From assembly GCA_014896315.1 (NCBI GenBank), contig JADBKP010000010.1:142087-206086 (forward strand): 64,000 bases of DNA, read 5' to 3'. This document shows, in pieces, positions 1 to 8,781 of the stretch (position 1 is its first letter; the number at the start of each line of letters is the position of its first letter). Below the pieces are notes generated by a model. That model was not told where the DNA came from and made no database searches. It worked only from the letters and a program-made list of their open reading frames with translations. A program made the position numbers and the translations under genes. Source of the DNA: Limnochordales bacterium (GTDB lineage Bacteria > Bacillota > Limnochordia > Limnochordales > DUMU01).

Positions 1-269
1 CATGTGCGCCCGCCATCAAGGCTTTCTGCGACTTCTATGTAAGTGCGGTTCGCTCCGATGTTGGTGTCATACGCCGCCAACCAGCGGCTGTCTGGCAGCA
101 CCAGTACCCGGGGATACCAGGCCCCCGACCCCGGTGGCGCCTCCCGGATCACCGTTTCCTCCTGCCACTCGATCTTCCACTGGGCAGTTGCGGCCCGGCA
201 GGCGGGAAGGGGGAAGGCGAGGCCATAGAAGATTATGGCAGAGAGAAAGAGTAGCGCAGCATGTTTCAT
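1..269 (-). CDS. Secreted BNR/Asp-box (sialidase-like) glycosidase; only the N-terminal 89 codons are present because the gene runs off the window start
   Basis: Absent from the ORF track because it has no stop in the window. The reverse-strand ATG at 269 follows GGAGGGAG with a 6-nt spacer. Translation MKHAALLFLSAIIFYGLAFPLPACRAATAQWKIEW..YPRVLVLPDSRWLAAYDTNIGANRTYIEVAESLDGGRT shows a signal peptide and an S-x-D-G-G-x-T Asp-box. Confidence 0.55.
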   Translation of the reverse strand, partial: MKHAALLFLSAIIFYGLAFPLPACRAATAQWKIEWQEETVIREAPPGSGAWYPRVLVLPDSRWLAAYDTNIGANRTYIEVAESLDGGRT

Positions 270-320
270 GATCTGCTCCCTCCGGACCTGTGCAGAAGTC
301 TCTGCCCACTGCTCTGCTTC

Positions 321-353
321 CGTCCCAACGGGGAAGACTCCCCCGTTGGGACG
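321..353 (-). terminator. GC-rich stem-loop between the SBP gene and the downstream sialidase-like gene (attenuator or mRNA-stabilising hairpin; no U-tract)
   Basis: cgtcccaacgggg (321-333) pairs perfectly with ccccgttgggacg (341-353). The stem is 13 bp and the loop 7 nt. Confidence 0.45.
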
Positions 354-373
354 GAGAGACTCAAAGAGTCGCA

Positions 374-1678
374 TCACTGGAGGTTCCTGGCAAAGATCGC
401 CTGCAGACGCCGGGCCTGGCCGGGCAAGAGCTGGGCTGCCAGAGCCTGACCCCGGTATATCTGCGGGAAGAGCTCGCCGTCTAGCACGCTCCACCACGAG
501 TCGTCTTTGGTGTAATACCAGGGTTGCACCCGTCCGTATTTCGTGATGATGTCGATGAAGACCATGCGGTTATAAGGAGGCTTTTTCATCTGCAAGAAGT
601 CGGCGAGCAGGTCAATGCGGTTCGGTACCATCTGCCCCATCTCGTAAAGCCTGGTCTGTGCGGTTCTGTCCATGGTCAGATACTTGACCAGCTCGTATGC
701 GAGTTGCGGGTTGGCAGTCTTGGCGCTGACGCCTATTCCCATCGAGCCCACCCAGGTCCGGGATTGACCGGTCCGGGGGCTGGCAGGCCAGGGGGCGATA
801 TCCCACTTGAACTTCAGGTTGTTCCAGAAGAAGGCCTGGTCCCACGGTCCCATGTAGAACGTCGCAATCTTGCCCTGGATCCACCAGTTCCAGTTGTCGG
901 AGTTAGGAGGGGTGGCTACCTTTTCAACTAGAGACAGGTTGGCCACCCACTGAACCGCCTCGATGAACTCGGGAGTATCCACGGCCAGCGCCGTAAGGTC
1001 GGAGTTGAAGTAGTCAGCTCCGTTCGACCATATTGCTCCCTCGATGGGGAAGCCCAGCGGCCACCCGGCCATACCCCAGACGTCTATGCTCCCATCGCCG
1101 TTCCTGTCGCGGGTGAGTTTGCGCCAGAGCGATACGGCTTCCGGCCAGAGTATGGGCTTATCAGCAGGGGGTGGTTTGACCCCGGCCTGTTCGTAGAGAT
1201 CTATGTTGTACACCATGGCCCAGGGCCCGAGGTCCTTGGGAAGTGCCAGAATACTTTTGCCGGTGCCCGGCCGTTTGCCGTCGAACCGGTAAAGGTTGAT
1301 GCCCGCGGGCCAGATGGTCTTGATGGGGGACTCTGTATCCCGTTCAATGAAGGGGGCGAGGTCGAGGAGGATCCCCCCCGCAGCCGCCCAGTTGGCGAAC
1401 TGGTCCAGGGGGACGTAGAACACATCGGGGGCGATCCCGCCGGCGATCATCGCCATCAGCCTGTTGGTGAACTCAGGGGAGGGGACGTACAGGACCTCTA
1501 CCTTCACCCCCGGATGTTCCGCCTCAAACAGGTCGATCACAGCTTCGTATATCTGGCTCTCGGTCGGACCCGTCCAACCCATGAAGACCAGCTTTGTCGC
1601 GCCATAAGCGCTTCCCGCCAGGCCCGCCATGAGGGCCACGATCAACAGGGCAGCCAATGCAGTAGCAGTACGCCTCAT
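374..1678 (-). CDS. ABC transporter extracellular solute-binding protein (CUT1 sugar-binding family)
   Basis: 434-aa ORF with an ATG preceded by GGGAGG (5-nt spacer). Signal peptide MRRTATALAALLIVALMAGLAGSAYG. The length and motifs (KLVFMGW, FVNTNRLMAMIAGG-like, WxxG, MGPW) are typical of family-1 sugar SBPs. Confidence 0.9.
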   Translation of the reverse strand: MRRTATALAALLIVALMAGLAGSAYGATKLVFMGWTGPTESQIYEAVIDLFEAEHPGVKVEVLYVPSPEFTNRLMAMIAGGIAPDVFYVPLDQFANWAAAGGILLDLAPFIERDTESPIKTIWPAGINLYRFDGKRPGTGKSILALPKDLGPWAMVYNIDLYEQAGVKPPPADKPILWPEAVSLWRKLTRDRNGDGSIDVWGMAGWPLGFPIEGAIWSNGADYFNSDLTALAVDTPEFIEAVQWVANLSLVEKVATPPNSDNWNWWIQGKIATFYMGPWDQAFFWNNLKFKWDIAPWPASPRTGQSRTWVGSMGIGVSAKTANPQLAYELVKYLTMDRTAQTRLYEMGQMVPNRIDLLADFLQMKKPPYNRMVFIDIITKYGRVQPWYYTKDDSWWSVLDGELFPQIYRGQALAAQLLPGQARRLQAIFARNLQ

Positions 1679-1777
1679 TCTATTGCCTCCCTTCGAAGTG
1701 GTAAATCAATCCCGCTTGCCGTTCGACCTCGATATCCGCCTTTTATCCGGCTGTCGTTACCCCTTTGGATCATCCGC

Positions 1778-3214
1778 TCAGAGCACTCGTATCGCTACTG
1801 CAAGATCCCGCTCGAAAGCAGGCAGCTGTATCGTCCAGAGGCCGGCGTCGGTCACCACCCGTCTCTCGCCGATGATCTCGCCCTTGTAGGTATCCCAGAA
1901 CTGTACGATCAGGGTCTCGGAGTCGGCTCCGGCGTGAGCCGGCTCTGCCGGGGAAGTGTTGTACTTCTCGTTCCACACCGCTTCCCGCCAGGCCTGGCGC
2001 TCTACCGTGAGCACCGCTCCCTCCACCGCCGCGCGGGATTCCATGTTGAGAAGCCAGAGCAAGGCCCGGGTCTCGTCGGCGACGCCAAAGACGCGGATGT
2101 CGGTGTTAGGTGTCGTTTCGACCGTGGCATAGCGGGCGATGGGAGCGGGAACGAAGCCAGCCCAGTCAAACGCGCTCACAAACCGGGCCAGGGCGGCCTG
2201 GACCTGGTACATTCCCTCGCTCAGGACATGGGGGTTGCGGTAAGGCCACCGCAGCCCCTGGCCGGCGCCGCCGCTCGCCAGATGGGCCCAGGTCATGTTG
2301 TGGTAATACTCGGCGTCAAAGTCAGGGTCGCTGATCCAGCGTTCGATCGGGCCGCTCTCCGTATCGAGATACGGACGTTCATCAGATAGCTGGGAGCGAG
2401 CATAAAGCGTCGCCAGTTCTACGTCCAGGGCGGCGTCCACCGTGTTTACCGGCCGGTTGGTGGCCGCTCCGACATACTGGTGGGTGGTGGCAAAGTCGAG
2501 GTCCGGATGGTCGAGCACCGCATCAACCAGCGCTTTCGAGGGGAAAGGGGTTGCCAGTGAGGCTGTGAGCAGGTGAGTGCGGCCGTAAAGTTCCATCTCC
2601 CGGGCGCGCACGAAGGCGGCTGTCTCTGAGATCCACTGTGATATCTCTTCAGGGTTGGCACCCCACCATAGCTCTATTTCGTTCATCAATTCCCAGGCAA
2701 GAATGGCGGGGGAACTGCCCCATCTTTCGATGGCAAACGCAAGCCGGCGGCGTTGCCAGGCGATGGCCTCCGGGTCGGTAAGGAAGCCTTTCATGCTCTC
2801 CATCGGCCCGCCATTTTGGCGGTTGTAGGGGTTTCTGGACCAGTTACGTTCCATCCAGAAGGGGTCCCAGGGGGTAATGATAAGGTGGATATCGTATATC
2901 TCTGCCAATTTGATGAACCGATCCCAGAACGCCACCACTCGCGGTGAATACTCGCCCAGAGGATTTTCCAGCAATCCGTAGGATTCCTGGGAGTACTCCA
3001 GCATGATGCGAAGAGTGTTGATTCCATTCGCTTTTAGCTTAGCGACATCGTTGTGGCCTATGATTATAAAAGGATTTCCGGATTCGGTTTGAAAGTAATA
3101 TCCCTGGGGCGCGATTCTTATCCATTCCGCTGCATTCACCGGCGACGACAATAACATAAGCAACAGAGTGCCTAGAAGAATGAAACCTATAACTTTACCG
3201 GCCAACCTTCTCAC
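1778..3214 (-). CDS. Secreted glycoside hydrolase family 5 (cellulase/mannanase-type TIM barrel)
   Basis: 478-aa ORF with signal peptide LLLMLLSSPVNA. Contains NGINTLRIMLEY and the acid/base motif AWELMNEIE typical of GH5 (clan GH-A). Confidence 0.85.
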   Translation of the reverse strand: MRRLAGKVIGFILLGTLLLMLLSSPVNAAEWIRIAPQGYYFQTESGNPFIIIGHNDVAKLKANGINTLRIMLEYSQESYGLLENPLGEYSPRVVAFWDRFIKLAEIYDIHLIITPWDPFWMERNWSRNPYNRQNGGPMESMKGFLTDPEAIAWQRRRLAFAIERWGSSPAILAWELMNEIELWWGANPEEISQWISETAAFVRAREMELYGRTHLLTASLATPFPSKALVDAVLDHPDLDFATTHQYVGAATNRPVNTVDAALDVELATLYARSQLSDERPYLDTESGPIERWISDPDFDAEYYHNMTWAHLASGGAGQGLRWPYRNPHVLSEGMYQVQAALARFVSAFDWAGFVPAPIARYATVETTPNTDIRVFGVADETRALLWLLNMESRAAVEGAVLTVERQAWREAVWNEKYNTSPAEPAHAGADSETLIVQFWDTYKGEIIGERRVVTDAGLWTIQLPAFERDLAVAIRVL

Positions 3215-3231
3215 CGCCGATCCTGTTTGCA

Positions 3232-3269
3232 GGGACGCTGGGCTTCAGGAAGCGCATCGCCCAGCGCCC
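3232..3269 (-). terminator. Stem-loop between the SBP gene and the GH5 gene
   Basis: gggacgctgggc (3232-3243) pairs with gcccagcgccc (3259-3269), giving 11 bp with one bulged A and a 15-nt loop. There is no U-tract. Confidence 0.35.
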
Positions 3270-3278
3270 TGTGAACTT

Positions 3279-4607
3279 CTAGATCCCGAGCTGCTCCCGA
3301 AACTCCTTTATCCGCACCTCCAACTGCTTCTTGCCAGCCTCCAGTGCGGCCTCCACGGGCTGTCGTTCACGCAAGGCCCGGTTCATGATATCCTCGATGA
3401 TCCCCAGTCCCGTACCCCACGGCTGCGGCGGGAAGAAGACGAATTGCTGTTGGACGATGATCTGGTGGTCCTTCAATTGCCGCCACTCTTCGGTGGTCAG
3501 AGCTTCCTTGCGGATTGCTACCTGCCCGTAGCTGGCCCAGGTGGCGCTGTTGCGAGACATGAAGTCAATAAAGGTGGCTATGGCTTGCAGCTTCTCGGGT
3601 CGATCCTTGGATTGCCGGTAGACGACGAACTGGTGTGAACCGGCCCAGACGGCCGGAGCCACATCGCCATAGAGGCGGTCGGCCTTGGCCACGCGGAGGT
3701 CAACTTTGCCCTGGTTGCGCAGGTCCTGGGCTTGCCGCAAGAACCAGATCCCATCGACCGCCATACTGACCTGCCCGGCAAACATATCCGGCCATATCTC
3801 CGGAGGCGGAGCTACCTTGTGTTTAAACATGAGGTCAACCACGTATTGGAGTGCGTTCCGGCCGGGCGGATCGGCCACGGTTACCCGGGTGTAGTTTTCA
3901 CCGCCAAAGTAGTTGCCGCCCATCTGCCGGAGGGCGGTATACCACTGCGGACCCCATATTCCGAAGCGGGTACCCCACTGGTCGGGCTGGTTGTCACCAT
4001 TCTTATCAATGGTCAGTTTGCGGGCGTACTCCAGAAACTGAGCGGCCCGCTGGGGCGGTCCGGGGAGACCGGCATTGTCGAAATGATCCTGATTGTAGTA
4101 AAGGAGGAGGGTGTGGATGTCGAGCGGGATGCCGTAGCGCTTACCTCCGTAGATACCTTCCCGGCTGATCCTGCCGATGAAATCATCGTCTGTAAGTCCA
4201 AGTGACTCGAAGATGTCGTCCACGGGGCGCAGAACGTTTTGCAGCGCAACTTCCGGCATGCGGTCACGGTGTATCAGGCCCAGATCCGGAGGTGAGCCTC
4301 CAGCCACTGCTACAACGACTTTGCTGTAGTACTCGCCCCACTCAATGGGAGTGGGCTGAACGCGGATTTTGCCTGCGTATTGCTGGTTGAACTTATCGAT
4401 AAGGAGATCGAGACCTTCTTTATCCGGGCCGGTTATGCCATGCCAGAGCTCGATGGTCACCTGTCCTGTGCCGCCCGACTGACCCGCCGTGGTAGCTGCA
4501 TTAGCAACGGTGGGGGCACCTACGAGGATGCCAAAGTTAACAAGGATGAGTCCGAACAGCAAAACGGTGACTGACCCGACACGGTTTCTCTTGATCCTGA
4601 GCATCAT
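3279..4607 (-). CDS. ABC transporter extracellular solute-binding protein (CUT1 family)
   Basis: The ORF track gives 3279..4625 with a GTG start. I prefer the ATG at 4607, which follows AGGAGGGA. N-terminal hydrophobic anchor VTVLLFGLILVNFGILVGAPTVANA, then a typical SBP body (IELWHG..., GGSPPDL, MAVDGIWF). Confidence 0.88.
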   Translation of the reverse strand: MMLRIKRNRVGSVTVLLFGLILVNFGILVGAPTVANAATTAGQSGGTGQVTIELWHGITGPDKEGLDLLIDKFNQQYAGKIRVQPTPIEWGEYYSKVVVAVAGGSPPDLGLIHRDRMPEVALQNVLRPVDDIFESLGLTDDDFIGRISREGIYGGKRYGIPLDIHTLLLYYNQDHFDNAGLPGPPQRAAQFLEYARKLTIDKNGDNQPDQWGTRFGIWGPQWYTALRQMGGNYFGGENYTRVTVADPPGRNALQYVVDLMFKHKVAPPPEIWPDMFAGQVSMAVDGIWFLRQAQDLRNQGKVDLRVAKADRLYGDVAPAVWAGSHQFVVYRQSKDRPEKLQAIATFIDFMSRNSATWASYGQVAIRKEALTTEEWRQLKDHQIIVQQQFVFFPPQPWGTGLGIIEDIMNRALRERQPVEAALEAGKKQLEVRIKEFREQLGI

Positions 4608-4658
4608 GCTTCCCTCCTGTTGCACCTGCTTTTCCGAAACCCGTGGGACACTCGTCTT

Positions 4659-4682
4659 GCTGGGACGACAGCTGGGACGACA
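4659..4682. repeat. Perfect 2 x 12-bp tandem direct repeat (gctgggacgaca) between the ROK gene end and the SBP gene start; candidate regulatory site
   Basis: Read directly: gctgggacgaca at 4659-4670 and again at 4671-4682. Confidence 0.6.
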
Positions 4683-4727
4683 ATAGTTGAGAAGGAAGAC
4701 GTGCTAGCTTTAAACCGTCGGAAATGA

Positions 4728-6274
4728 TCACCTCCTAGGCCAGCAATTAAGCAATTCCGATTTGGCCAGACGGATGGACGGGAAGAGCCGGTCCATCACG
4801 AGGGCGGCAGCGCCAAGAGGCCCGGCATCGCTACCCAGGCGGCCGGCGACTATCTGAACCCGGTTGCGGGCCACGGGCATGGCATGGGTGAGAACGGTCT
4901 CTCTGATAGGTCCAAGCAACATCTCACCGGCACGGGAGACTCCGCCGCCGATCACGATCCGCTCGGGGTTGAGAGTGTTGACCAGGAAGGAGACGGCGAT
5001 GCCGATATAACGGGCGGCCTCATGTATGATGCGGAGCGCCTCGACGTCCCCGGCCGCGGCCGCCCGGGCCACGTCCGCGGCGGTCACGTTGTCGGGAGAG
5101 TCGATCAGGTGCGGCAGATGGGCAAAGGGATATCCTTGCTTGAGCAGACGGGCGGCCTTTCGGGCAATAGCGCGGCCGGAAGCGACTGCCTCAAGGCAGC
5201 CGTAGTTGCCACAGCTGCACTGTGGGCCGTCCTCGGTTACACGGATATGGCCGATCTCGCCCGCGGTTTCGTTTGCCCCGTAATACAGCTGGCCATCCAG
5301 GATCAGGCCCGCGCCGATGGCAGAACCCACAAAAAGGGCCACGAGATTGCGGGAGCTCTCTCCCGCTCCGAACATGTTCTCACCCAGAGTGGCGGCCCGG
5401 ACATCGTTGTCGATGTAGATGGGGACGGTAGGGGGAAGGGGGGAAGGGGGAGGCTCGGGGTTTGGTTCTGGCCACGGCCGGGCCCTTGCCTTTGCCCTTG
5501 CCTTTGCCCATGCTTTTGCGTTTTCCCTTGCGCTTGCCCTTGCTCTTGCGGCTGCCCCTGCCCCTGCCCTTGCTCTTGTCCTTGCCTTTGTCCTTCTTGC
5601 TTGTACTCCTGTATCGCCGTCTGGAGGGCTTGTTCGAGGATGGAACGGACGGCTACGTTGCGCCAGCGCAGGTTGGGGGAGAAGACTGAGTAGCCTTGCT
5701 CGGTGTCTACCAGGCCGGGAATGCCGACGCCGATACCTGCCAGGCGCAGTCTTGGGCTCGCCCCACCTCGGCCCGGTGGCGCGCTGGCTGTGGCCGCGGT
5801 CGGCGCAGGGGTTGTGCCAGTCCTGTTTGCGGCAGTGCTCGCGGACAGGGCTGCAGGTGTGGGATAGGCGAAGTTGGCGATAGCCATGACGATCGCCCTG
5901 GCAACTCGCTGCAGAACCTCTTCGGGGCTCTGGTCCGGGTATGTGGGTAAAGTGGCCCGGGCGAGGGGCTGGCCGCGCAAATCGCTCAACACGGCAACGA
6001 TGTTGGTGAAGCCGACGTTCACCCCGACGACCTGAAAAGCGTCGGGAACGAGCTCGAGCAGAGCCGCGGGGCGGCCGCCACTGGACTCGGCAAAGCTGCC
6101 TTCCCGCACGAGGCCAAGGGCGATCAGCTCGTTGACAATATTGGTGACTGCCGAAGGTGCGAGCTGGCTGCGGCGGGCGATTTCACCCCTGGAGATAGGG
6201 CCGTGGCGGCGGATCAGGTCCAGCACCACCGACCGGTTGATGTTGCGCATACCCGGAAAATTGACGGCCCGCAT
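4728..6274 (-). pseudogene. ROK-family transcriptional repressor (NagC/XylR-like) split by a frameshift inside a Q/G-rich repeat insertion
   Basis: The N-terminal ORF 5303..6274 carries the wHTH (RSVVLDLIRRHGPISRGEIARRSQLAPSAVTNIVNELI). The C-terminal ORF 4728..5375 carries GEIGH and CSCGNYGCLE. The C-terminal frame continues upstream as ..PLPPTVPIYIDNDVRAATLGENMFGAGES. The two frames would join with a 1-nt change in the G4-G6 runs at 5421-5460. Confidence 0.8.
5425..5605. repeat. Degenerate hexanucleotide repeat (CCCTTG/CCTTTG on the + strand; CAAGGG-type on the coding strand) encoding (Q-G/Q-R)n inside the ROK gene
   Basis: The + strand reads gcccttgcctttgcccttgcctttgccc...gcccttgctcttgcggctgcccctgcccctgcccttgctcttgtccttgcctttgtcc. 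The protein reads QEGQRQGQEQGQGQGQPQEQGQAQGKTQKHGQRQGQRQG. Confidence 0.85.
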
Positions 6275-6580
6275 TGCAGGTCGGCCTCCCGTGCAGGCGA
6301 CAGTTCACGAGGGGAGCGGAGTTCTGTCACTATATGATGGAAGTCTGGTGCATCTAGCCGCCAGAATCGGTATTAGCCCGCCCTCGCTACCGACCTTTTG
6401 TCATCACGTGTAATAAGTGGACACAACAAAAACCAACGGCGCCGATTTCTACAAAGCTTTTCGACGGTGGTGGAGGGATTCCTTCTCCACCTTGGCGAAG
6501 TTTTGTAACTAGACGAAGGTGGGGCACCGGTTTGGCCATACCCACCGCGGAGAATCACGTTTGGGTTGGAGGCGTGACTG

Positions 6581-8092
6581 ATGGCTAAGACGCTGGCGAA
6601 GCAGGGGCAAGCGCAGGGATTAGAGCAAGGACAAGTGCAGGTGCAAGCGCAAGAGCAAAGGCTGACTCAGGAACATCAGCAAGCCCAGCAACAGCAGCAA
6701 GTTCAGGAGCAGCAGGGCCACCAGGCCCACACGCGGCCGGCACGGTTGCTGCCGGGTGAGAGGCCGGGCCGCCGCATCAAGGTAGTCATGCTGGGGGCAG
6801 GCAGCGGGTTTACCCAACCCCTCGTGACCGATATTCTCAATATCCCGAGCCTGCCGGGCGGGGAGATCGCCCTGGTCGACATCGACGCTGAACGGTTGGA
6901 GCTGGCCCACCAGCTAGTGGCCAAGCTCATCACCGTCATGGGCAAGGAAGGCAGCTGGAGCGTGACGGCGACGACGGAAAGGCGGCGGGCGTTGCCGGGC
7001 GCGGATTACCTCGTCAACTGCATCGAGGTGTCGGGAACGAAGGCCGTGAAGTTCGACTACGAGATTCCGCTCAAGTATGGGGTGGACCAGTGCATTGGCG
7101 ATACCATCGGTCCGGGCGGATTGATGAAGGCGTTGCGCACGATCCCGGTCTGGGTGGAGGTGCTCAAAGATGCCGAGGAGCTCTGCCCGCAGGCACTGGT
7201 GCTCAACTATACCAACCCGATGAGCATGATGTGCCTCGCCGCAGCGAAAGTCTCCCGGATGCAGGTGGTCGGGCTCTGTCACAGCGTCCAGGGTACGAGT
7301 CGCCTGCTGGCCCACCATGCGGGCGTTCCTTACAACGAAATGCAGTGGAAATGCGCCGGAATAAACCATCTGGCCTGGTTCACCGAACTGACCCATAACG
7401 GGCGCGACCTCTATCCGATCTTGTTTGAGAAGGCGCGGGATCCCAACAGCGAGTTCTACCAGGGTGATCCGGTGCGATGCGACATTATGCTGCACTTTGG
7501 GGCGTTCGTCACCGAGTCGAGCGGCCACTTGAGCGAGTATCTTCCCTATTACCGTAAGCGCAAAGATCTGATGGAGAAGTACATTCGCAGCGGCTATAGG
7601 GGCGAAAGTGGCTTCTACGCCCGCAACTGGCCCAACTGGCGGCGGGGAACGGACGAATACCGGCGCAAGGTGATTGCCGGCGAGGTGGAGATCAAGACGG
7701 AACGGAGCTGGGAATATGCCAGCTACATCATCGAGGCGCATCAGACCAACCGGCCTTATGTGATTCACGGAAACGTGATCAACCACGGGCTGATCGATAA
7801 TCTGCCGCAAGGGCAGTGCGTTGAGGTGGCGGTTATGGTCGACGGCAATGGGTTCAACCCGTGCCGGTTTGGGGAGTTGCCACCGCAGATGGCCGCCATC
7901 TGCCGCAGCAATATGGCCATGTTTGAACTGGGAGTTATTGCGGCGCTGGAAAGCAGCCGGGAGGCGGCAGCCCACGCGCTGATGCTCGATCCCCTAACGG
8001 CGGCGGTTCTGTCGCCGGCCGAGATCAAGCAGATGACCGAGGAGTTGATCGAGGCGGAGCTGGAGCTGTTGCCCGGGTTTCAGCGGAGTTGA
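6581..8092 (+). CDS. Glycoside hydrolase family 4 alpha-galactosidase/alpha-glucosidase (NAD/Mn-dependent) with a Q-rich N-terminal extension
   Basis: 503-aa ORF with the ATG 8 nt after GGAGG. Rossmann motif KVVMLGAGSGF, EIALVDID and GLCHSVQGT are typical of GH4 (MelA/AglA-like). The first ~60 aa are low complexity. Confidence 0.88.
   Translation: MAKTLAKQGQAQGLEQGQVQVQAQEQRLTQEHQQAQQQQQVQEQQGHQAHTRPARLLPGERPGRRIKVVMLGAGSGFTQPLVTDILNIPSLPGGEIALVDIDAERLELAHQLVAKLITVMGKEGSWSVTATTERRRALPGADYLVNCIEVSGTKAVKFDYEIPLKYGVDQCIGDTIGPGGLMKALRTIPVWVEVLKDAEELCPQALVLNYTNPMSMMCLAAAKVSRMQVVGLCHSVQGTSRLLAHHAGVPYNEMQWKCAGINHLAWFTELTHNGRDLYPILFEKARDPNSEFYQGDPVRCDIMLHFGAFVTESSGHLSEYLPYYRKRKDLMEKYIRSGYRGESGFYARNWPNWRRGTDEYRRKVIAGEVEIKTERSWEYASYIIEAHQTNRPYVIHGNVINHGLIDNLPQGQCVEVAVMVDGNGFNPCRFGELPPQMAAICRSNMAMFELGVIAALESSREAAAHALMLDPLTAAVLSPAEIKQMTEELIEAELELLPGFQRS
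6599..6731 (+). repeat. CAAGNG/CAGCAG-type degenerate repeat encoding the Q-rich N-terminus of the GH4 enzyme
   Basis: DNA reads caaggacaagtgcaggtgcaagcgcaagagcaaagg...cagcaacagcagcaagttcaggagcagcag. The protein reads KQGQAQGLEQGQVQVQAQEQRLTQEHQQAQQQQQVQEQQ. Confidence 0.8.
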
Positions 8093-8178
8093 GGCCTGGC
8101 GGCGCCGAGCTCTTACCCCTGCCCCCCATACCTCGCGGCTTGTGGCCCGGTGTCAAGACCGGCGGTGTCGGCCGGCAC

Positions 8179-8206
8179 GGGACGCCTGGGATTGCCCAGG
8201 CGTCCC
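8179..8206 (+). terminator. Strong GC hairpin downstream of the GH4 gene (terminator candidate; no U-tract)
   Basis: gggacgcctggg (8179-8190), loop attg, then cccaggcgtccc (8195-8206). The 12-bp stem is perfect. Confidence 0.4.
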
Positions 8207-8705
8207 GCTCCAATACGTACGCCCGGCATGGGCGAAGAAAGCTCATCGTGCTTGCCCAGGGAGACCTGCGGGTGACCGCGGAGCAACCGGCAACCCAGTT
8301 CGGAAGCACTGGATGAGCCCGCAGGGGTCGGCAGAGACTATAGTACCTACATATGCGGAAACGTAGGGTTCTGGAACGGTTCATCCCATACAAGTCTCGG
8401 TATGACACGGGTTTCTGGTGCTCAGCACCGAGCCATATGCGAGCAGGGCAAATGATGACCAGCCGCGGCCACGAGTTTCACTGAGTGCCGCTTTCCAGGC
8501 ACCGTGTCACTGGCAAGCATTGCCTATATGACTAGCCATCTCGAGGCCGTCGTTTTTCTTCGAAAACTCCTTTCGGCTGCAACATGACTGATAGCTCGGC
8601 GAGATCGGATGCGCGTGGCGTTGCTCCGCCAAAAAACCGCCGGAAAAGTCGGCTGGGATGGCAGGAGTTTGACCTGGTTCGGCGAATTAGTATCAAGCGG
8701 TAACC

Positions 8706-8719
8706 GCTAAACGTTTGCA
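8706..8719. promoter_or_regulatory. Candidate LacI-family operator (imperfect, CG-centred)
   Basis: gctAAACGTTTgca has an 8-bp perfect palindromic core, aaacgttt. It lies about 65 nt upstream of the LacI start at 8782. Confidence 0.35.
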
Positions 8720-8781
8720 TAACGGTGAGGCGGTTACAGGAGACGACTTTGACTGGGCCTGACAAGGGGGCGCCCTGCTGG

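Noticed and set aside
1514-2389. 291-aa forward ORF overlapping the SBP and GH5 genes; also similar shadow ORFs at 29850..30674(-), 33659..34387(-), 46471..47241(-), 14146..14847(-), 10857..11381(-) and 56507..57043(-)
   Set aside because: All lie antisense to or out of frame with genes that carry clear family motifs, and all have junk-like composition.
5419-5883. Forward ORFs across the ROK repeat that encode (LA)n/(LP)n peptides
   Set aside because: They are reverse-complement shadows of the Q/G repeat within the ROK gene.
6914-7975. 353-aa reverse-strand ORF inside the GH4 gene
   Set aside because: It is antisense to a gene with clear GH4 motifs. Its composition is Arg/Ala/Pro/His-rich with no recognisable motifs, which is typical of spurious antisense ORFs in high-GC DNA.
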